A program made the position numbers and the translations under genes. From positions 64,001-128,000 of IMG/VR virus record IMGVR_UViG_3300032323_002909: DNA of 64,000 nt; one strand, 5' to 3'. The stretch is from a virus. This document shows, piece by piece, positions 1 to 10,929 of the stretch; the stretch's first letter is position 1; each line of letters begins with the position of its first letter. The notes below the pieces were generated by a model, which saw nothing but the letters and a program-made list of their open reading frames with translations, searched no databases and was not told the DNA's origin.

Positions 1-716
1 AGATCAGCAAACCACACAGATGGGAAATAACATTCTTTTTTACCTATCAAAGATGCCCACCATGAAAATGTGGAGTTGCTGCCTATGATAATATCACACA
101 TGCTCATGCGTGTCAACTCTTCAATATCAGTGTTTAGAGAAATTATTTCGAAATTGTATTCTGGGAATTCTTCTCTGACTGCTTGTTTACTATCAGTAAA
201 CACTTTAATATCACAATCTTTATATTTTTCAAAAAAATATCTAAAATATTCGGTATTACAGACATGTAATCTCTCAGGATATTTCATATAATCGCCTCGT
301 CTAATGTGTATACCAACTTCAACTTTGCTAAAATTTTTATTATTTAATGTGATATTTGGTAGACATAGTTGTTCTATAAAGTCATCTTTATATTCTTCAA
401 AATACTTCATTGTTTGGAAGTATCCATTTAAATTAATATTACCTTTAAATTCTGGAATTTCATCATATCCAAATCTTTTTTCAAGATAAATTGGCGTATC
501 ATAAGATGCTAGACCATATTTAAAATTTTTAAATATCCCATCCATATATGTCAATGGGTGGTTTCCTTGTTCTGCTTTCCATCTAGAAACATTTAAAACT
601 AAATCTTTATTATATTTTTTGGAATATGCGTATCCAACAGCAGATTGAAAGATTTGATTAGCAACACCGCCCATCAAATCAATATAACATTTTTCATTTT
701 TAATCGTATTCATCAT
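1..716 (-). CDS. GT11 alpha-1,2-fucosyltransferase-like protein, 3' end runs off the window
   Basis: Not in the ORF track. Manual translation gives MMNTIKNEKCYIDLMGGVANQIFQ...HIRRGDY...SSTFSWW. ATG overlaps the TAA of 716..1456; paralogue of that gene. Confidence 0.85.
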   Translation of the reverse strand, partial: MMNTIKNEKCYIDLMGGVANQIFQSAVGYAYSKKYNKDLVLNVSRWKAEQGNHPLTYMDGIFKNFKYGLASYDTPIYLEKRFGYDEIPEFKGNINLNGYFQTMKYFEEYKDDFIEQLCLPNITLNNKNFSKVEVGIHIRRGDYMKYPERLHVCNTEYFRYFFEKYKDCDIKVFTDSKQAVREEFPEYNFEIISLNTDIEELTRMSMCDIIIGSNSTFSWWASLIGKKECYFPSVWFAD

Positions 717-1456
717 TATAATGTTGATATAATTGTCATGTCGGGTCTATATATATCCGAACAATCACGTCCAATTAACCACACGTCAGGGACGATAATT
801 TCTTTCTTTTTCGGACCAAGTAAACTTGCCCACCATGAAAATGACGAATTACTACAAATAATTTTATCGTATTGTGATATCAGAGCAAGATCTTCCAATT
901 CTGTATTACCAGTTACAATGTTTAACTCGCGATGCTCAAATTCATTTCGAACATAATCGGGCGAATCTGTAAACACGTCAACATATTTTGATTTAAAACA
1001 CTTAAATTGTTTTTCGAAATATGCTGTATTACAAACATAATGTATATGGTCATTAATCAAATAATCACCTCTTCTAATATGGAAAGCAACTTTATCCATA
1101 ACTGGTGTTATTTTCGGAAGTTCTAATAAATTTATGAATTCTTCCTTACAATCTTCAAAATATTTTAATGATTGAAAATAACCAACCAACACGACATCGC
1201 CATCCACATATGGCAATTCGTCGTAATCATCTCGTTTTTCATGAATAATAGTCGGAGTCGATTCAATTTCGCCAAATTCAAAATTTTTAAAAATCGTGCA
1301 TTTATATGTCGAAGGGTGATTTCCCTGCGCAGCACCCCAATTCGAATCGTTAATAATCAATTTTTTTCCATGCCGTTTAGCATATGCATATCCAGCAGCA
1401 ATCATAAAAATTTGATTACCTAAACCACCTGCAACGTTTACATAACAATTATTCAT
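716..1456 (-). CDS. GT11 alpha-1,2-fucosyltransferase-like protein
   Basis: GGLGNQIF, GYFQS, HIRRGDY and NSSFSWW motifs of GT11. Confidence 0.9.
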   Translation of the reverse strand: MNNCYVNVAGGLGNQIFMIAAGYAYAKRHGKKLIINDSNWGAAQGNHPSTYKCTIFKNFEFGEIESTPTIIHEKRDDYDELPYVDGDVVLVGYFQSLKYFEDCKEEFINLLELPKITPVMDKVAFHIRRGDYLINDHIHYVCNTAYFEKQFKCFKSKYVDVFTDSPDYVRNEFEHRELNIVTGNTELEDLALISQYDKIICSNSSFSWWASLLGPKKKEIIVPDVWLIGRDCSDIYRPDMTIISTL

Positions 1457-2268
1457 AATAATTTATCTACAATATCAGTCATATTATTTTTTATTTTAAA
1501 TCCCATATTTTTTATTTTAGATGTATCCAAATACATAGATTCCACTTGAACTATTTTATGGAAATCTGTAGGCTCCATATTTCCAATCTCACTGGAAGAA
1601 TTAAGTGCTTTATATGCGTAATCTATAATATCTCTGAATAAAATTGGTTTGCCCCCTGACAAATTATAGATTTCACCATTCTCTCCTTTATCCATCAAAA
1701 AATCGATACCTGATACTACATCATCTATATGAATGTAATCCCTATAAAAATTGCCGTTGTTGTAGAGATTAATCGGACGATTTTCTTTCATTTCATTTAT
1801 TAAATATTGTAGAGCATTTTTCTTCTTTGAAATTTTAGAATCAGAGTTTCCAACAACATTACCTAATCTAATTATCTTATAATTGATTCCAAAAGTTTTA
1901 CAATAAGAATGGATCAATAATTCTGCTGCATATTTTGTTATCGAATAGAATCCTCTTGGATTGCAAATCGAATCTTCTTTAGCTGGTAAAGTTGTATCAC
2001 CATACACAAACCAAGAACTTATGAAGGTAAATTCGATGTTTTTTATCTTTTTACATTCATCTAACACATTCATCAAATGGATAAGATTAGTGTTTATATC
2101 TATTTTCGAATCTGTTAATACGTTATAATTATCAACAGTGCTTATCAGATATAGAACTTTTTCACTGAGAGGGGTAAAAGAATTTCTATCTATAATTATG
2201 ACATCGGACTCTTTTTTATTACAAAAAGCCTGACCCACAAAACCTCTACCCCCAAATACTGATATCAT
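1453..2268 (-). CDS. NAD-dependent epimerase/dehydratase (extended SDR)
   Basis: GGRGFVG Rossmann motif, SSWFVYG, YSITK (YxxxK), RDYIHIDD. Confidence 0.9.
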   Translation of the reverse strand: MISVFGGRGFVGQAFCNKKESDVIIIDRNSFTPLSEKVLYLISTVDNYNVLTDSKIDINTNLIHLMNVLDECKKIKNIEFTFISSWFVYGDTTLPAKEDSICNPRGFYSITKYAAELLIHSYCKTFGINYKIIRLGNVVGNSDSKISKKKNALQYLINEMKENRPINLYNNGNFYRDYIHIDDVVSGIDFLMDKGENGEIYNLSGGKPILFRDIIDYAYKALNSSSEIGNMEPTDFHKIVQVESMYLDTSKIKNMGFKIKNNMTDIVDKLL

Positions 2269-3551
2269 TGGAATTTTGAAATTACGTTTTCGATATAATC
2301 AAACACTGGCTGTGTGTAATGCGGTGCAGCCCCGACAAAAAATACAGAATTCAACACTTTGTTAGCTTCGGGATATTTTTTATAATCATCTAAGTGTTTA
2401 TATCCAGGATGTAATAGAATATTTCCAGCAAAATAATTTCTTGTTTGAATTTTGTTATCTTCCAAATATTTCACAAGTCTATGCTTAACCCCAATATCTT
2501 CACAGATAAAAGGTGTGCCAAACCAACAAGGATCTGCTTTTTCTAAAACTTTCGGACTTCTAATATTAGCAATATGTTTGTTGAAAATTTCGGATATTTT
2601 ATTATTCGAGTTTCTCCTATTAGATTCGATTCCATCTAATTTTTCAAGCTGAATCAATCCAATAGCACCTTGCAAATCCAAGGGTTTTAAATTATACCCC
2701 ATCTCAGAGAAAACATATTTATGGTCTATAACACCGTCAAAATTCTCTAGCCAATTATCAAATCTATTACCACATGTTCCACAGGGGAGTAAATTTGCAG
2801 AGCCAACGCAATAACAATCTCTACCCCACCAACTCAAACTAACAAACAATTTTTTAAGTTCGATATCATTCGAACAAACCATACCACCTTCTCCTGTTGA
2901 GATGTGGTGAGCAGGATAAAAAGAATTAGAATACGCTACATAATATTCATTGAGGTATTTACCATCCCACTTACTTCCTAAACTATCACAATTATCTCCC
3001 ACCAAAAGAATACCATATTTTTCACTAATTGCTGTCAACTTATCCATGTCTGGTGGATTTCCCAAAACAGGGGAAACAAAAATAGCTTTCGTTTTATTTG
3101 TTATTTTTGATTCAATTTGATCAATATCAAAGTTTAATGTATCCCATTCGATATCAACAAATACAGGAGTTAATTTATTTTGATAAATAACAGAAACAGT
3201 AGTGGCAAACCCAACAGGCGACACAATTATCTCATCACCATCTTGCCAATCGAATCGTCGTTTCAATGCTGCTATCAAAATGAGATTCGCTGAACTTCCA
3301 GAATTTACCATGTGTCCATATTTGGTATTGAATCTTTTAGAAAATTGACTTTCGAATTTATGAACCTTTTCTCCAGCAGTGATCCATTTACCATTTAAAA
3401 ATGAATCTAATGCTGCTTCAGTTTCTCTATTATCCCAGTATGGTCCAGAATAATATATTGGCGTTTTACCAGCTTTAAATTCATTTGCATTGTAGATATA
3501 CGGCGAAACATGATTACCCACTAATGTTTTAATATCTTCTTTTAAAATCAT
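2265..3551 (-). CDS. rfbH: RfbH/E1-type NDP-4-keto-6-deoxyhexose 3-dehydratase (DegT/DnrJ fold)
   Basis: VNSGSSAN; SFYPAHHISTGEGG with His in place of the PLP Lys; GRDCYC...CGTC Cys cluster typical of E1. Confidence 0.85.
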   Translation of the reverse strand: MILKEDIKTLVGNHVSPYIYNANEFKAGKTPIYYSGPYWDNRETEAALDSFLNGKWITAGEKVHKFESQFSKRFNTKYGHMVNSGSSANLILIAALKRRFDWQDGDEIIVSPVGFATTVSVIYQNKLTPVFVDIEWDTLNFDIDQIESKITNKTKAIFVSPVLGNPPDMDKLTAISEKYGILLVGDNCDSLGSKWDGKYLNEYYVAYSNSFYPAHHISTGEGGMVCSNDIELKKLFVSLSWWGRDCYCVGSANLLPCGTCGNRFDNWLENFDGVIDHKYVFSEMGYNLKPLDLQGAIGLIQLEKLDGIESNRRNSNNKISEIFNKHIANIRSPKVLEKADPCWFGTPFICEDIGVKHRLVKYLEDNKIQTRNYFAGNILLHPGYKHLDDYKKYPEANKVLNSVFFVGAAPHYTQPVFDYIENVISKFQ

Positions 3552-3558
3552 ACTATAT

Positions 3559-3586
3559 AATTTAACATATTTTTCTAATATGTCAA
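3559..3586 (-). promoter_or_regulatory. sigma70-type promoter, 7 nt upstream of the rfbH ATG
   Basis: TTGACA-N16-TAAATT with extended TG. Confidence 0.6.
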
Positions 3587-3590
3587 TTTA

Positions 3591-4268
3591 TTAAACGGTT
3601 AAATATTTGGGATTAAAAATGTAACATTCCAATCTTTCAATAATCCATGGTGTAACTTCTTCTACTAATAAGAATTCTACAATTTTTTTATAAAATTCTT
3701 TACTTCTAATTTTAACATGCTCTTTTGTTATTCCAAAATGTCCACCAGGAATAAATTCGTAACGATCTGGAGGGGTTGATTTGAAGAATAAATTCCAATA
3801 TTTATCAATATCAATTAATGGATTGGTGTCTTGCGGCATACCATCACTATTACAATATAATATATTACCATCATCTCCATGATGAGTGGATGGATACAAT
3901 TTCCACATAATACCACCATTTGAAGAGTGTGTTTGGATAGTATTCCAATGATACCCATAATAACCTCCTATTTTCAATTGTTCATGTTGTGGAGTGGGAA
4001 CATCATTTATGATTTCGATTATATTTTCCCAATGATCAAAAGGATAATCTTGCGCAAAATATGTTATATCAGAAAGGTTATCGTAATTTTGAAAAATATG
4101 ATTAAAGAATGTATGGACGCATCTTCCTTTATTGTTTTCTATATAGATTTCATTTACATCATCACTTTTGTTTCCTTTTCGATATATAGTTTTTTTCACA
4201 TTAGAATTTAATTTATTCAACCAATTCAAATTTTTATCATAAGCAGCTATTACTATTTCTTTTTTCAT
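3591..4268 (-). CDS. DUF3431-like glycosyltransferase-associated protein
   Basis: IVIAAY, NKGRCVHTFFNHI, YDNL, PFDH, PGGHF, ERL pattern of DUF3431. Confidence 0.65.
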   Translation of the reverse strand: MKKEIVIAAYDKNLNWLNKLNSNVKKTIYRKGNKSDDVNEIYIENNKGRCVHTFFNHIFQNYDNLSDITYFAQDYPFDHWENIIEIINDVPTPQHEQLKIGGYYGYHWNTIQTHSSNGGIMWKLYPSTHHGDDGNILYCNSDGMPQDTNPLIDIDKYWNLFFKSTPPDRYEFIPGGHFGITKEHVKIRSKEFYKKIVEFLLVEEVTPWIIERLECYIFNPKYLTV

Positions 4269-4306
4269 TTAAAAATATGTATGTTTTTTATTTAAAACTA
4301 ATAAGA

Positions 4307-5092
4307 TTAATTGGCAAAATATTTTTCTAGGTTTTTTTTATTTTTAATAATGTATTCAGGCAATCCTGTTTCATCTATTCTATAACCATTTTTTCTCATC
4401 TCCATATAATTCTCGTGATAAACGGGGTGTGAAAAATCTGCTATTTTTTTATCTACTCCCCCCAGTGCATTGAAATGCCATCCCCCATTTTCAATAAAAA
4501 TATATTTATGATCCATAAATCTACGAGTTCTTAAATGATTCAAACATTCATTTTTGATATTTTTATACTTGGTTACGATTGGTCCTGTAAAATAAGTCCA
4601 ATTTTCATTTGTTCTCACATTTAAATATTCGATATAACAATTATTGATCATGGGCTTATATACACCATCTTGAATATCGATATTTAAATCATAATTCCAT
4701 ATTTCATCGACATCACAAACATAACAAATATCATTATCATTCAAATCAACTAATGCTTTTTTAATACATTCTTTTTGATAAAATTCTATCAACCAACAAT
4801 AATGTTCTCTTGTAACATTAGGACTGTTCAATGCCATGTCAAAATATTCTTTGTCGCATCCATTGCTATCTTCAAATGTTTTTGGTGATTTATCTATTTT
4901 ATAATGAATAATTTTATCATGAAATTTTTCAAATTGTTTTTTATTTTCTTCGTAATAAAAAGGTTTATCCACGCCACTAAATGTTGTATTCGCTTCCACT
5001 AACACAAATTTATCAACATGTGGATCGAGAATATTCAATCTCAGTTCCAGCATGTCGAGTTCGTTATTAAAGCTAAAAATATCGTAAATCAT
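4307..5092 (-). CDS. GT17-family glycosyltransferase (GnT-III-like)
   Basis: IYDIFSFNNELDMLELRL, VEANTTFSG, DVDEI, GGWHF. Confidence 0.85.
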   Translation of the reverse strand: MIYDIFSFNNELDMLELRLNILDPHVDKFVLVEANTTFSGVDKPFYYEENKKQFEKFHDKIIHYKIDKSPKTFEDSNGCDKEYFDMALNSPNVTREHYCWLIEFYQKECIKKALVDLNDNDICYVCDVDEIWNYDLNIDIQDGVYKPMINNCYIEYLNVRTNENWTYFTGPIVTKYKNIKNECLNHLRTRRFMDHKYIFIENGGWHFNALGGVDKKIADFSHPVYHENYMEMRKNGYRIDETGLPEYIIKNKKNLEKYFAN

Positions 5093-5826
5093 TTTGCGTA
5101 GTTAATATTTCTTCCCCACGTCGATGCGAAGTCTTGATTCAATGTTTCTAGATATGTGTTTAACTTTTCGTAATCTTTTTCTATTTCTTCAGCCCATCCT
5201 TCCTTGGATGCGCCTACTCCTGACCTACCTTCAGTATAGGTAGTATCATGATTATTCCCTGTTAAATCGTGTCTATCATGTTGTATACTAATCTCTCCAA
5301 CATTATGCAATAATCCCAATCTCTTACTCAAGATGTCAATCCATGAATCGGCTGCTTGAACATATGACAATCTACCTGTCAGATCGAACCATTTACGTGG
5401 TATTATAGGAAACAATACCCCCTGCGTGTTCCAGTAACGTTCCATATTACTAACTTTAGGACTTATTACACAAAATTTTTCATGTTCCTTGATTATAATA
5501 TCATCCCACCTACTACTCTCCATGATAGCATCATCATTCCACAAAAATAAAGAATTTCCAATCGATTTTTCCGACAGATCGTTATAATAATTGTTAAGAT
5601 TTAAATAATGATGTCTTTCACATACAAATAACCGTATATTATTTTTAGATTTGATATATTCTTCCGTATCACGAACGGTTTCTATATCATCATTATCCAT
5701 TGCAAGTAATATCTCAAAATTATTTACATCATTAGAAGTATCTAATAGTGATTGCACGGATTTTTTAAATGCCGCAAATCTACCCCTTGTTGGTAACAAC
5801 ACACTGATTTTAATTCCGTTATTCAT
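5089..5826 (-). CDS. GT2-like (GT-A) glycosyltransferase
   Basis: ISVLLPTRGR, DNDD, WNDD (DxD-like). Confidence 0.8.
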   Translation of the reverse strand: MNNGIKISVLLPTRGRFAAFKKSVQSLLDTSNDVNNFEILLAMDNDDIETVRDTEEYIKSKNNIRLFVCERHHYLNLNNYYNDLSEKSIGNSLFLWNDDAIMESSRWDDIIIKEHEKFCVISPKVSNMERYWNTQGVLFPIIPRKWFDLTGRLSYVQAADSWIDILSKRLGLLHNVGEISIQHDRHDLTGNNHDTTYTEGRSGVGASKEGWAEEIEKDYEKLNTYLETLNQDFASTWGRNINYAK

Positions 5827-5827
5827 T

Positions 5828-7042
5828 TTAAATTATTTCAAATTTGGGACACGGCACAATAAATTTGCCACCTTTATTAACAAATTCTTTTTCCCTTTCG
5901 ACAAATTCGTTTATAAAATGCCAAGGTAATACTAATAAGAAATCTGGATTCGCTTTTCTCATTTCGTCTTCGGAATATATGGGAATGTTTGTTCCTACGG
6001 TATATAATCCCCACTTATCACGATTTCTTTCAGCAATTCCATCGATCATTGTATAGTCAAGTCCGAAATATTGTAATAAGGTATTACCTTTAGTGGACGC
6101 ACCATATCCCCATATAGTCTTACCCTTGGCTTTCTGTTCCGTAATAAATGAAACAGTTTTCATTTTTAATTCATTTATACGTTTGAAAAAATTAATCCAG
6201 ATGTCAACTTTATCCAACTCTAAAGATTTTTCATAAGCTAATATAGAATTCACCCTATATTTGGCAACATCTCTATACGGTTGAGTGCCAAAGGCTCTCA
6301 AGTCGGCATCATCTTTCATCGCATAAATTCTGAAAGATCCTCCATTGACATCGTTTAATTGACAATCAACTACTTGAAATCCATTTTTCTCTAAAATATT
6401 CTTGATATTGAACAGTGAGTAGTAATGCATATGTTCGTGACATATATTATCAAAAGCTAATTGTTCAATCATTAATGGGGTGTAACTCATCTGTAACACC
6501 CACAGACCGTTATCTTCTATTATATCATAAACATCTTTGATGAAAGGTGTTGGATTTTCCAAATCGTAAAACATTGCGATAGTGGTCACAACTTTAGCCT
6601 TCAAATGTCCAAATTTACTTTTCTTGAGTAATGATGCGTTGAAGTAATCTTGTATAATCAAATCTGCATGTTTTTCAGATTCTTGTTTATACGAATCATC
6701 TACTGGATCAATACCAATCCTAATTAAATTTTTAGGTAGATAACTGAGCAATGTTCCATCATTACATGCAATATCAACCCACATATCATTTTCTTTAAGT
6801 TTTATGACATCATGTATAGAGTTCACAATTCCCTCCAACTCTTTTTTCATCGTATGATTTATACCCGAACGATACCAATACTTGCCAAACATATCGCCTA
6901 ATGGCGTTTGTTTCTGTAATCTAACCGCGCCAGTCTCTTCATCTAGCATCATTTTTAATTCTACCTTTCCACCTCTAGATTCCTCTCCCTTGATTAAAAA
7001 ATCTGAAACGTATAGTTCACCTAATGTAAATAATTCTTTCAT
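5828..7042 (-). CDS. NDP-hexose C-methyltransferase (SAM-dependent)
   Basis: DIACNDGTLL, FDNICHEH, NGGSFR, GYGASTKGNTLL, PWHF. Confidence 0.85.
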   Translation of the reverse strand: MKELFTLGELYVSDFLIKGEESRGGKVELKMMLDEETGAVRLQKQTPLGDMFGKYWYRSGINHTMKKELEGIVNSIHDVIKLKENDMWVDIACNDGTLLSYLPKNLIRIGIDPVDDSYKQESEKHADLIIQDYFNASLLKKSKFGHLKAKVVTTIAMFYDLENPTPFIKDVYDIIEDNGLWVLQMSYTPLMIEQLAFDNICHEHMHYYSLFNIKNILEKNGFQVVDCQLNDVNGGSFRIYAMKDDADLRAFGTQPYRDVAKYRVNSILAYEKSLELDKVDIWINFFKRINELKMKTVSFITEQKAKGKTIWGYGASTKGNTLLQYFGLDYTMIDGIAERNRDKWGLYTVGTNIPIYSEDEMRKANPDFLLVLPWHFINEFVEREKEFVNKGGKFIVPCPKFEII

Positions 7043-7941
7043 AATCTAATTGTATCGTAATTTTTAATAAAATGCTTTATGGTTTCTTCCAAACCAACTC
7101 GTAATGTCGTGAATTCGTAATCTCCTATTATAGATTTTAAATATGAATTGTCAGATGGTTTCCTGAATTGCCCATCGGGTTTAGATGTGTCGAATATTAC
7201 GTCATTTTTGAAATCCATAATATCGCATATCATATCCACAACCTCTCTGATAGAAACTTCATTGGAAGTTGATAATATAATTGGAGATGTTCCGTCATAT
7301 TTATCCATCAATAATTTTATTATATTTGCAACGTCTTTTGCATAAATAAATTCTCTTAAAGCATTACCACTTCCCCAAACATGTAAATTGGTATTATTTA
7401 GTTTAGCCAAATAAACCTTATGTATTAAAGCAGGTATGACATGAGTATTTTCTAAATTATAATTATCATTAAGCCCATACATATTACATGGTATAACGGC
7501 AAAATATTTCGTGCCATATTGTTGATTATATGCTCGAAGTTGCACATCTACCATTCTCTTAGAGTAACCATATCCATAATTAGTTTCATGCGGTGGACCT
7601 AGATGGATCTTATCTTCTGTTAATGGATATTCAACGTCTGCGGGGAACACGCATGTAGAGAGAAACACTACCAGTTTTTCGACATTATTTATTCTACAAG
7701 ACTCAATAATGTTAGTATTGATCATCAAATTATCGTAGAAATATTCTCCCATAGCTGACATATTCCCACCTATACCGCCAACTTTAGCAGCACAATGTAT
7801 AACATGTGTTGGCTTATAAGTTTCAATCAACCTATTCGATTCTACAGGTATTCTTAAATCAAATTCTCTACCAACTTTAACATCGGCTTCTATCACAGAC
7901 CCTACTAATCCATGTCCTCCAGTAACTAATACTTTATCCAT
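7039..7941 (-). CDS. fcl: GDP-L-fucose synthase (Fcl/WcaG, ColC-like)
   Basis: VTGGHGLVG, AAKVGGI, STCVFP, YGYSK, HVIPAL, WGSG..REF, KPDG; start moved to the MDKVL ATG at 7941. Confidence 0.9.
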   Translation of the reverse strand: MDKVLVTGGHGLVGSVIEADVKVGREFDLRIPVESNRLIETYKPTHVIHCAAKVGGIGGNMSAMGEYFYDNLMINTNIIESCRINNVEKLVVFLSTCVFPADVEYPLTEDKIHLGPPHETNYGYGYSKRMVDVQLRAYNQQYGTKYFAVIPCNMYGLNDNYNLENTHVIPALIHKVYLAKLNNTNLHVWGSGNALREFIYAKDVANIIKLLMDKYDGTSPIILSTSNEVSIREVVDMICDIMDFKNDVIFDTSKPDGQFRKPSDNSYLKSIIGDYEFTTLRVGLEETIKHFIKNYDTIRL

Positions 7942-8824
7942 AAATCCCTGTTCTTTTTTTGTATTCATCGTGTTCGGCGACACACTCTTCCCATGAGAAT
8001 AAGTTACCATCTCGATCTAAATAATTGTGATTTCTGAAAATATTATACCCGCATGACCAATAACCATTAGATATATTGTAACGACCCCAATATTTAGGGG
8101 CTAAAATATACTTCACGGTATCACTTAGTAAAGTGGCGAAATACGGGAAACTAGAATTTGATAAAATCAAATAATGGGCATTTTTAATAATGGTAAAATC
8201 AGTTGCAATGTCGAAATGTTTCACTTCGAAATCGGGAAATTGTCTACTTGCTCTTTCTACATCATCAGTAATAACTACAAATTTAAAATCTGGATTAATT
8301 TTTCGCATTCTAGTAATCGCGTCATCCCAATACTTCCCATTTAAATGAAAATGTATAACACCTGCATATTCACCACCGCGATAATTGATAATACAAATAT
8401 TCGGATCGGAATAATCGTAGCAATCTTTTTCTGGTTTAATTTTTAACCATTGTCTAATTTCATCTTTACGATGAATAATTCGATCTTCTGATTGAAATAA
8501 TCCGTCAAGTTTGGTATTATCTTGAATCAATTCTAAATTTGGATCATCAATTGTTACATTTGAACCATTAGGAAGATACCACCACTTTTCTTTAAAATAA
8601 TTTTCAATTCCATTGGGAAGCGTGTGTGGCGGACCACCTTCTGGACCAGAACCCCCTTCGACAGGTAATCCAAAATCTAAATCCATAAAATCTAAGCATT
8701 TGAATTTATGAGGATTCATAATCCCAAAATCAAATCCTTTATCCTTAGCAACTACTCTCGTTGTCACATAACAAGCTAATTGATTGCCTAATCCCTGTCC
8801 ATTGTAAATTTCAGTTATTATCAT
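7934..8824 (-). CDS. GT11-like glycosyltransferase
   Basis: GQGLGNQL, GLFQSE, YRGGEY, LSNSSF. Confidence 0.8.
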   Translation of the reverse strand: MIITEIYNGQGLGNQLACYVTTRVVAKDKGFDFGIMNPHKFKCLDFMDLDFGLPVEGGSGPEGGPPHTLPNGIENYFKEKWWYLPNGSNVTIDDPNLELIQDNTKLDGLFQSEDRIIHRKDEIRQWLKIKPEKDCYDYSDPNICIINYRGGEYAGVIHFHLNGKYWDDAITRMRKINPDFKFVVITDDVERASRQFPDFEVKHFDIATDFTIIKNAHYLILSNSSFPYFATLLSDTVKYILAPKYWGRYNISNGYWSCGYNIFRNHNYLDRDGNLFSWEECVAEHDEYKKRTGIYG

Positions 8825-8874
8825 ATTTTTCTTTGTGAATTTTATTTATCAATCCAATATTTTTTTTCAAATTT

Positions 8875-9582
8875 TTATAATGATTTATTATATTTTGATT
8901 TGATGTAAAGATGTTCGTTGTCAATCATACTACTGGTGGTTGCTTGAGTTGTTTGACCATCCCAAGTTCTTACCACACCCAAAGGATTATCACATGCTAG
9001 GATAGTCGGTTGCCCATATTTTTCGACCATTCTATGATAGAATTCCGTATCCATCATGTATGAAAGTTTCTCATCGAAAAAATTATCATCATTAATAAAA
9101 TATATAACACTTGGTGGTCCTAAAGAGTTAATTCCATCAATAAAATTATTATTACTATATGGAGTTCTTTGGTTATAGTATGTATTTGAATCACCATTTA
9201 AATGCGTATATTCGTAAGCATACCAAGGATCAACTAAATTATTTAAAATATGTTTCAATGATTTTGAATAATAAAAAAGATCATCTTGAAACAACGGTTT
9301 GATATATTTCCCAGAACTATGTTTAATACAGTTATTTAAATTTGCAGACATTGATCCACGCCCATATGAATTTTTCAAAAATTTAATATTAAGATCTTTA
9401 AAATTATTACAACATTTTTCAATTTCATCATCAAAAGAATGGTCCGACACTATAATTTCAACATTGGATAAATCACATTCCTGTGATCTTATAATCGATA
9501 ATGATTCGCTTAAATATTTCGCTCCGATTCCGCTCATTTCATAGCAAGGAACACATAATGATATTTCTGGTTTAGTCGTCAT
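8875..9582 (-). CDS. GT2 glycosyltransferase
   Basis: ISLCVPCYE, IIVSDHS, LFQDD, GPPS. Confidence 0.85.
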   Translation of the reverse strand: MTTKPEISLCVPCYEMSGIGAKYLSESLSIIRSQECDLSNVEIIVSDHSFDDEIEKCCNNFKDLNIKFLKNSYGRGSMSANLNNCIKHSSGKYIKPLFQDDLFYYSKSLKHILNNLVDPWYAYEYTHLNGDSNTYYNQRTPYSNNNFIDGINSLGPPSVIYFINDDNFFDEKLSYMMDTEFYHRMVEKYGQPTILACDNPLGVVRTWDGQTTQATTSSMIDNEHLYIKSKYNKSL

Positions 9583-9598
9583 ATTTTTTTGTTTTATG

Positions 9599-10216
9599 TT
9601 ACTTTAACCAAGTATAGTCACATTCAGATTCGTCAATATCACTGTAATCTTCTTTTTGCCAAGTGATAGATTTATCACCATTTTTCATCACATAAGATGG
9701 AAAAAGCCTATGCAAATGTGCATAATATATATCAATGGGGGATTTGGGATCTTTGATAAATTCTAATATTGTGGGTATAATTTCTGCTTTTAACCCATAA
9801 GCGTGGGTAGCCAAAGAACTTATCATTCGATAAATGTTATTGTTAATTTTTGATAAACCATTAAGATGATTACCACCCAGATACAAAAATTTCCAATCAT
9901 TTGGAACATCGTCAATGTTATTAGCAAAAAACTTATTCAATCCATTTTCAAAAACTACATCATCTTCAAGAATCAAAATTTTTTCGTATTTATTATTGAT
10001 AGCATCGGTCATCACAGCACGATGGCTTGACATGCAAGCTAGTTGACCGCTGGTAATCGCGCCATTGTCACCGATATCATTTTTATCAATAGCAGCAAAT
10101 CGTTGCACGTCTAATCCTTCTCTAGCAAACAGATTAGCACAATGCTTCCATCTATCAGGTCGTCGATCCAAATTTATACAATAAATTTTATCAAAATATT
10201 CATTCAATTTCCCCAT
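9599..10216 (-). CDS. GT25 (LgtB/Lex1-like) glycosyltransferase
   Basis: YCINLDRRPDR, ACMSSH, ILEDD, LYLG, THAY. Confidence 0.9.
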   Translation of the reverse strand: MGKLNEYFDKIYCINLDRRPDRWKHCANLFAREGLDVQRFAAIDKNDIGDNGAITSGQLACMSSHRAVMTDAINNKYEKILILEDDVVFENGLNKFFANNIDDVPNDWKFLYLGGNHLNGLSKINNNIYRMISSLATHAYGLKAEIIPTILEFIKDPKSPIDIYYAHLHRLFPSYVMKNGDKSITWQKEDYSDIDESECDYTWLK

Positions 10217-10929
10217 AAATCAGTAGTATCCCTATCGTATTGTTCTTTTATTTGTAACCCATATTTATATAATGCATGATTGTTATGTGTCCCTCCAACA
10301 TCAATATTGGTATCGACATCATTTGGATTATACTTCTGCACTCTCCATGACATACCTTCGTAATGTTTGAAATATTTATTTTCCGCATTGAAATTTGCAA
10401 CCAACAAATTTGCATTTAAAACGTCCTCGAACATTGTAGAACCGACATCATAAACTCTACTAGTATTTCGACTATTTACGGTTCTCTCCTCATCAAAGAA
10501 TTTTATATCATTGCCCATAAGGTGTCGCCTATTAATAAAGCAAAACCAAGGATCAACTCTCGGATGCAACGCTTTACCACCTCGATCACCACTCACATTT
10601 CCCAGTAAAGTGAAATTACCTTCTTTAAATTTTTGATATATGGGCGCAATATCTTTATAAAAAATTACGTCAGAATCGATTAACAAGATATGATCGTTTT
10701 CAATCAAATTCAATGCGTGATTGACGGCTTTACCATGTGAATAATTTGGAAGATCTTCTATGATCACACCATCTGGTAAATGATGCCATAGTTGACCACT
10801 CTTGGGTGACGTGTCCATCACGTAATAATAATCAATAAGTAAAGACGAACTTCTATTTAAAGATCTCAACATGTTTGTCGTAATCACGGGAGTATCGTAA
10901 TTACAGGTCAATATTGACAATCCACTCAT
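10204..10929 (-). CDS. GT-A glycosyltransferase-like protein
   Basis: HGKAVN, LIDSDV (DxD), YDVGS. Confidence 0.7.
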   Translation of the reverse strand: MSGLSILTCNYDTPVITTNMLRSLNRSSSLLIDYYYVMDTSPKSGQLWHHLPDGVIIEDLPNYSHGKAVNHALNLIENDHILLIDSDVIFYKDIAPIYQKFKEGNFTLLGNVSGDRGGKALHPRVDPWFCFINRRHLMGNDIKFFDEERTVNSRNTSRVYDVGSTMFEDVLNANLLVANFNAENKYFKHYEGMSWRVQKYNPNDVDTNIDVGGTHNNHALYKYGLQIKEQYDRDTTDLWGN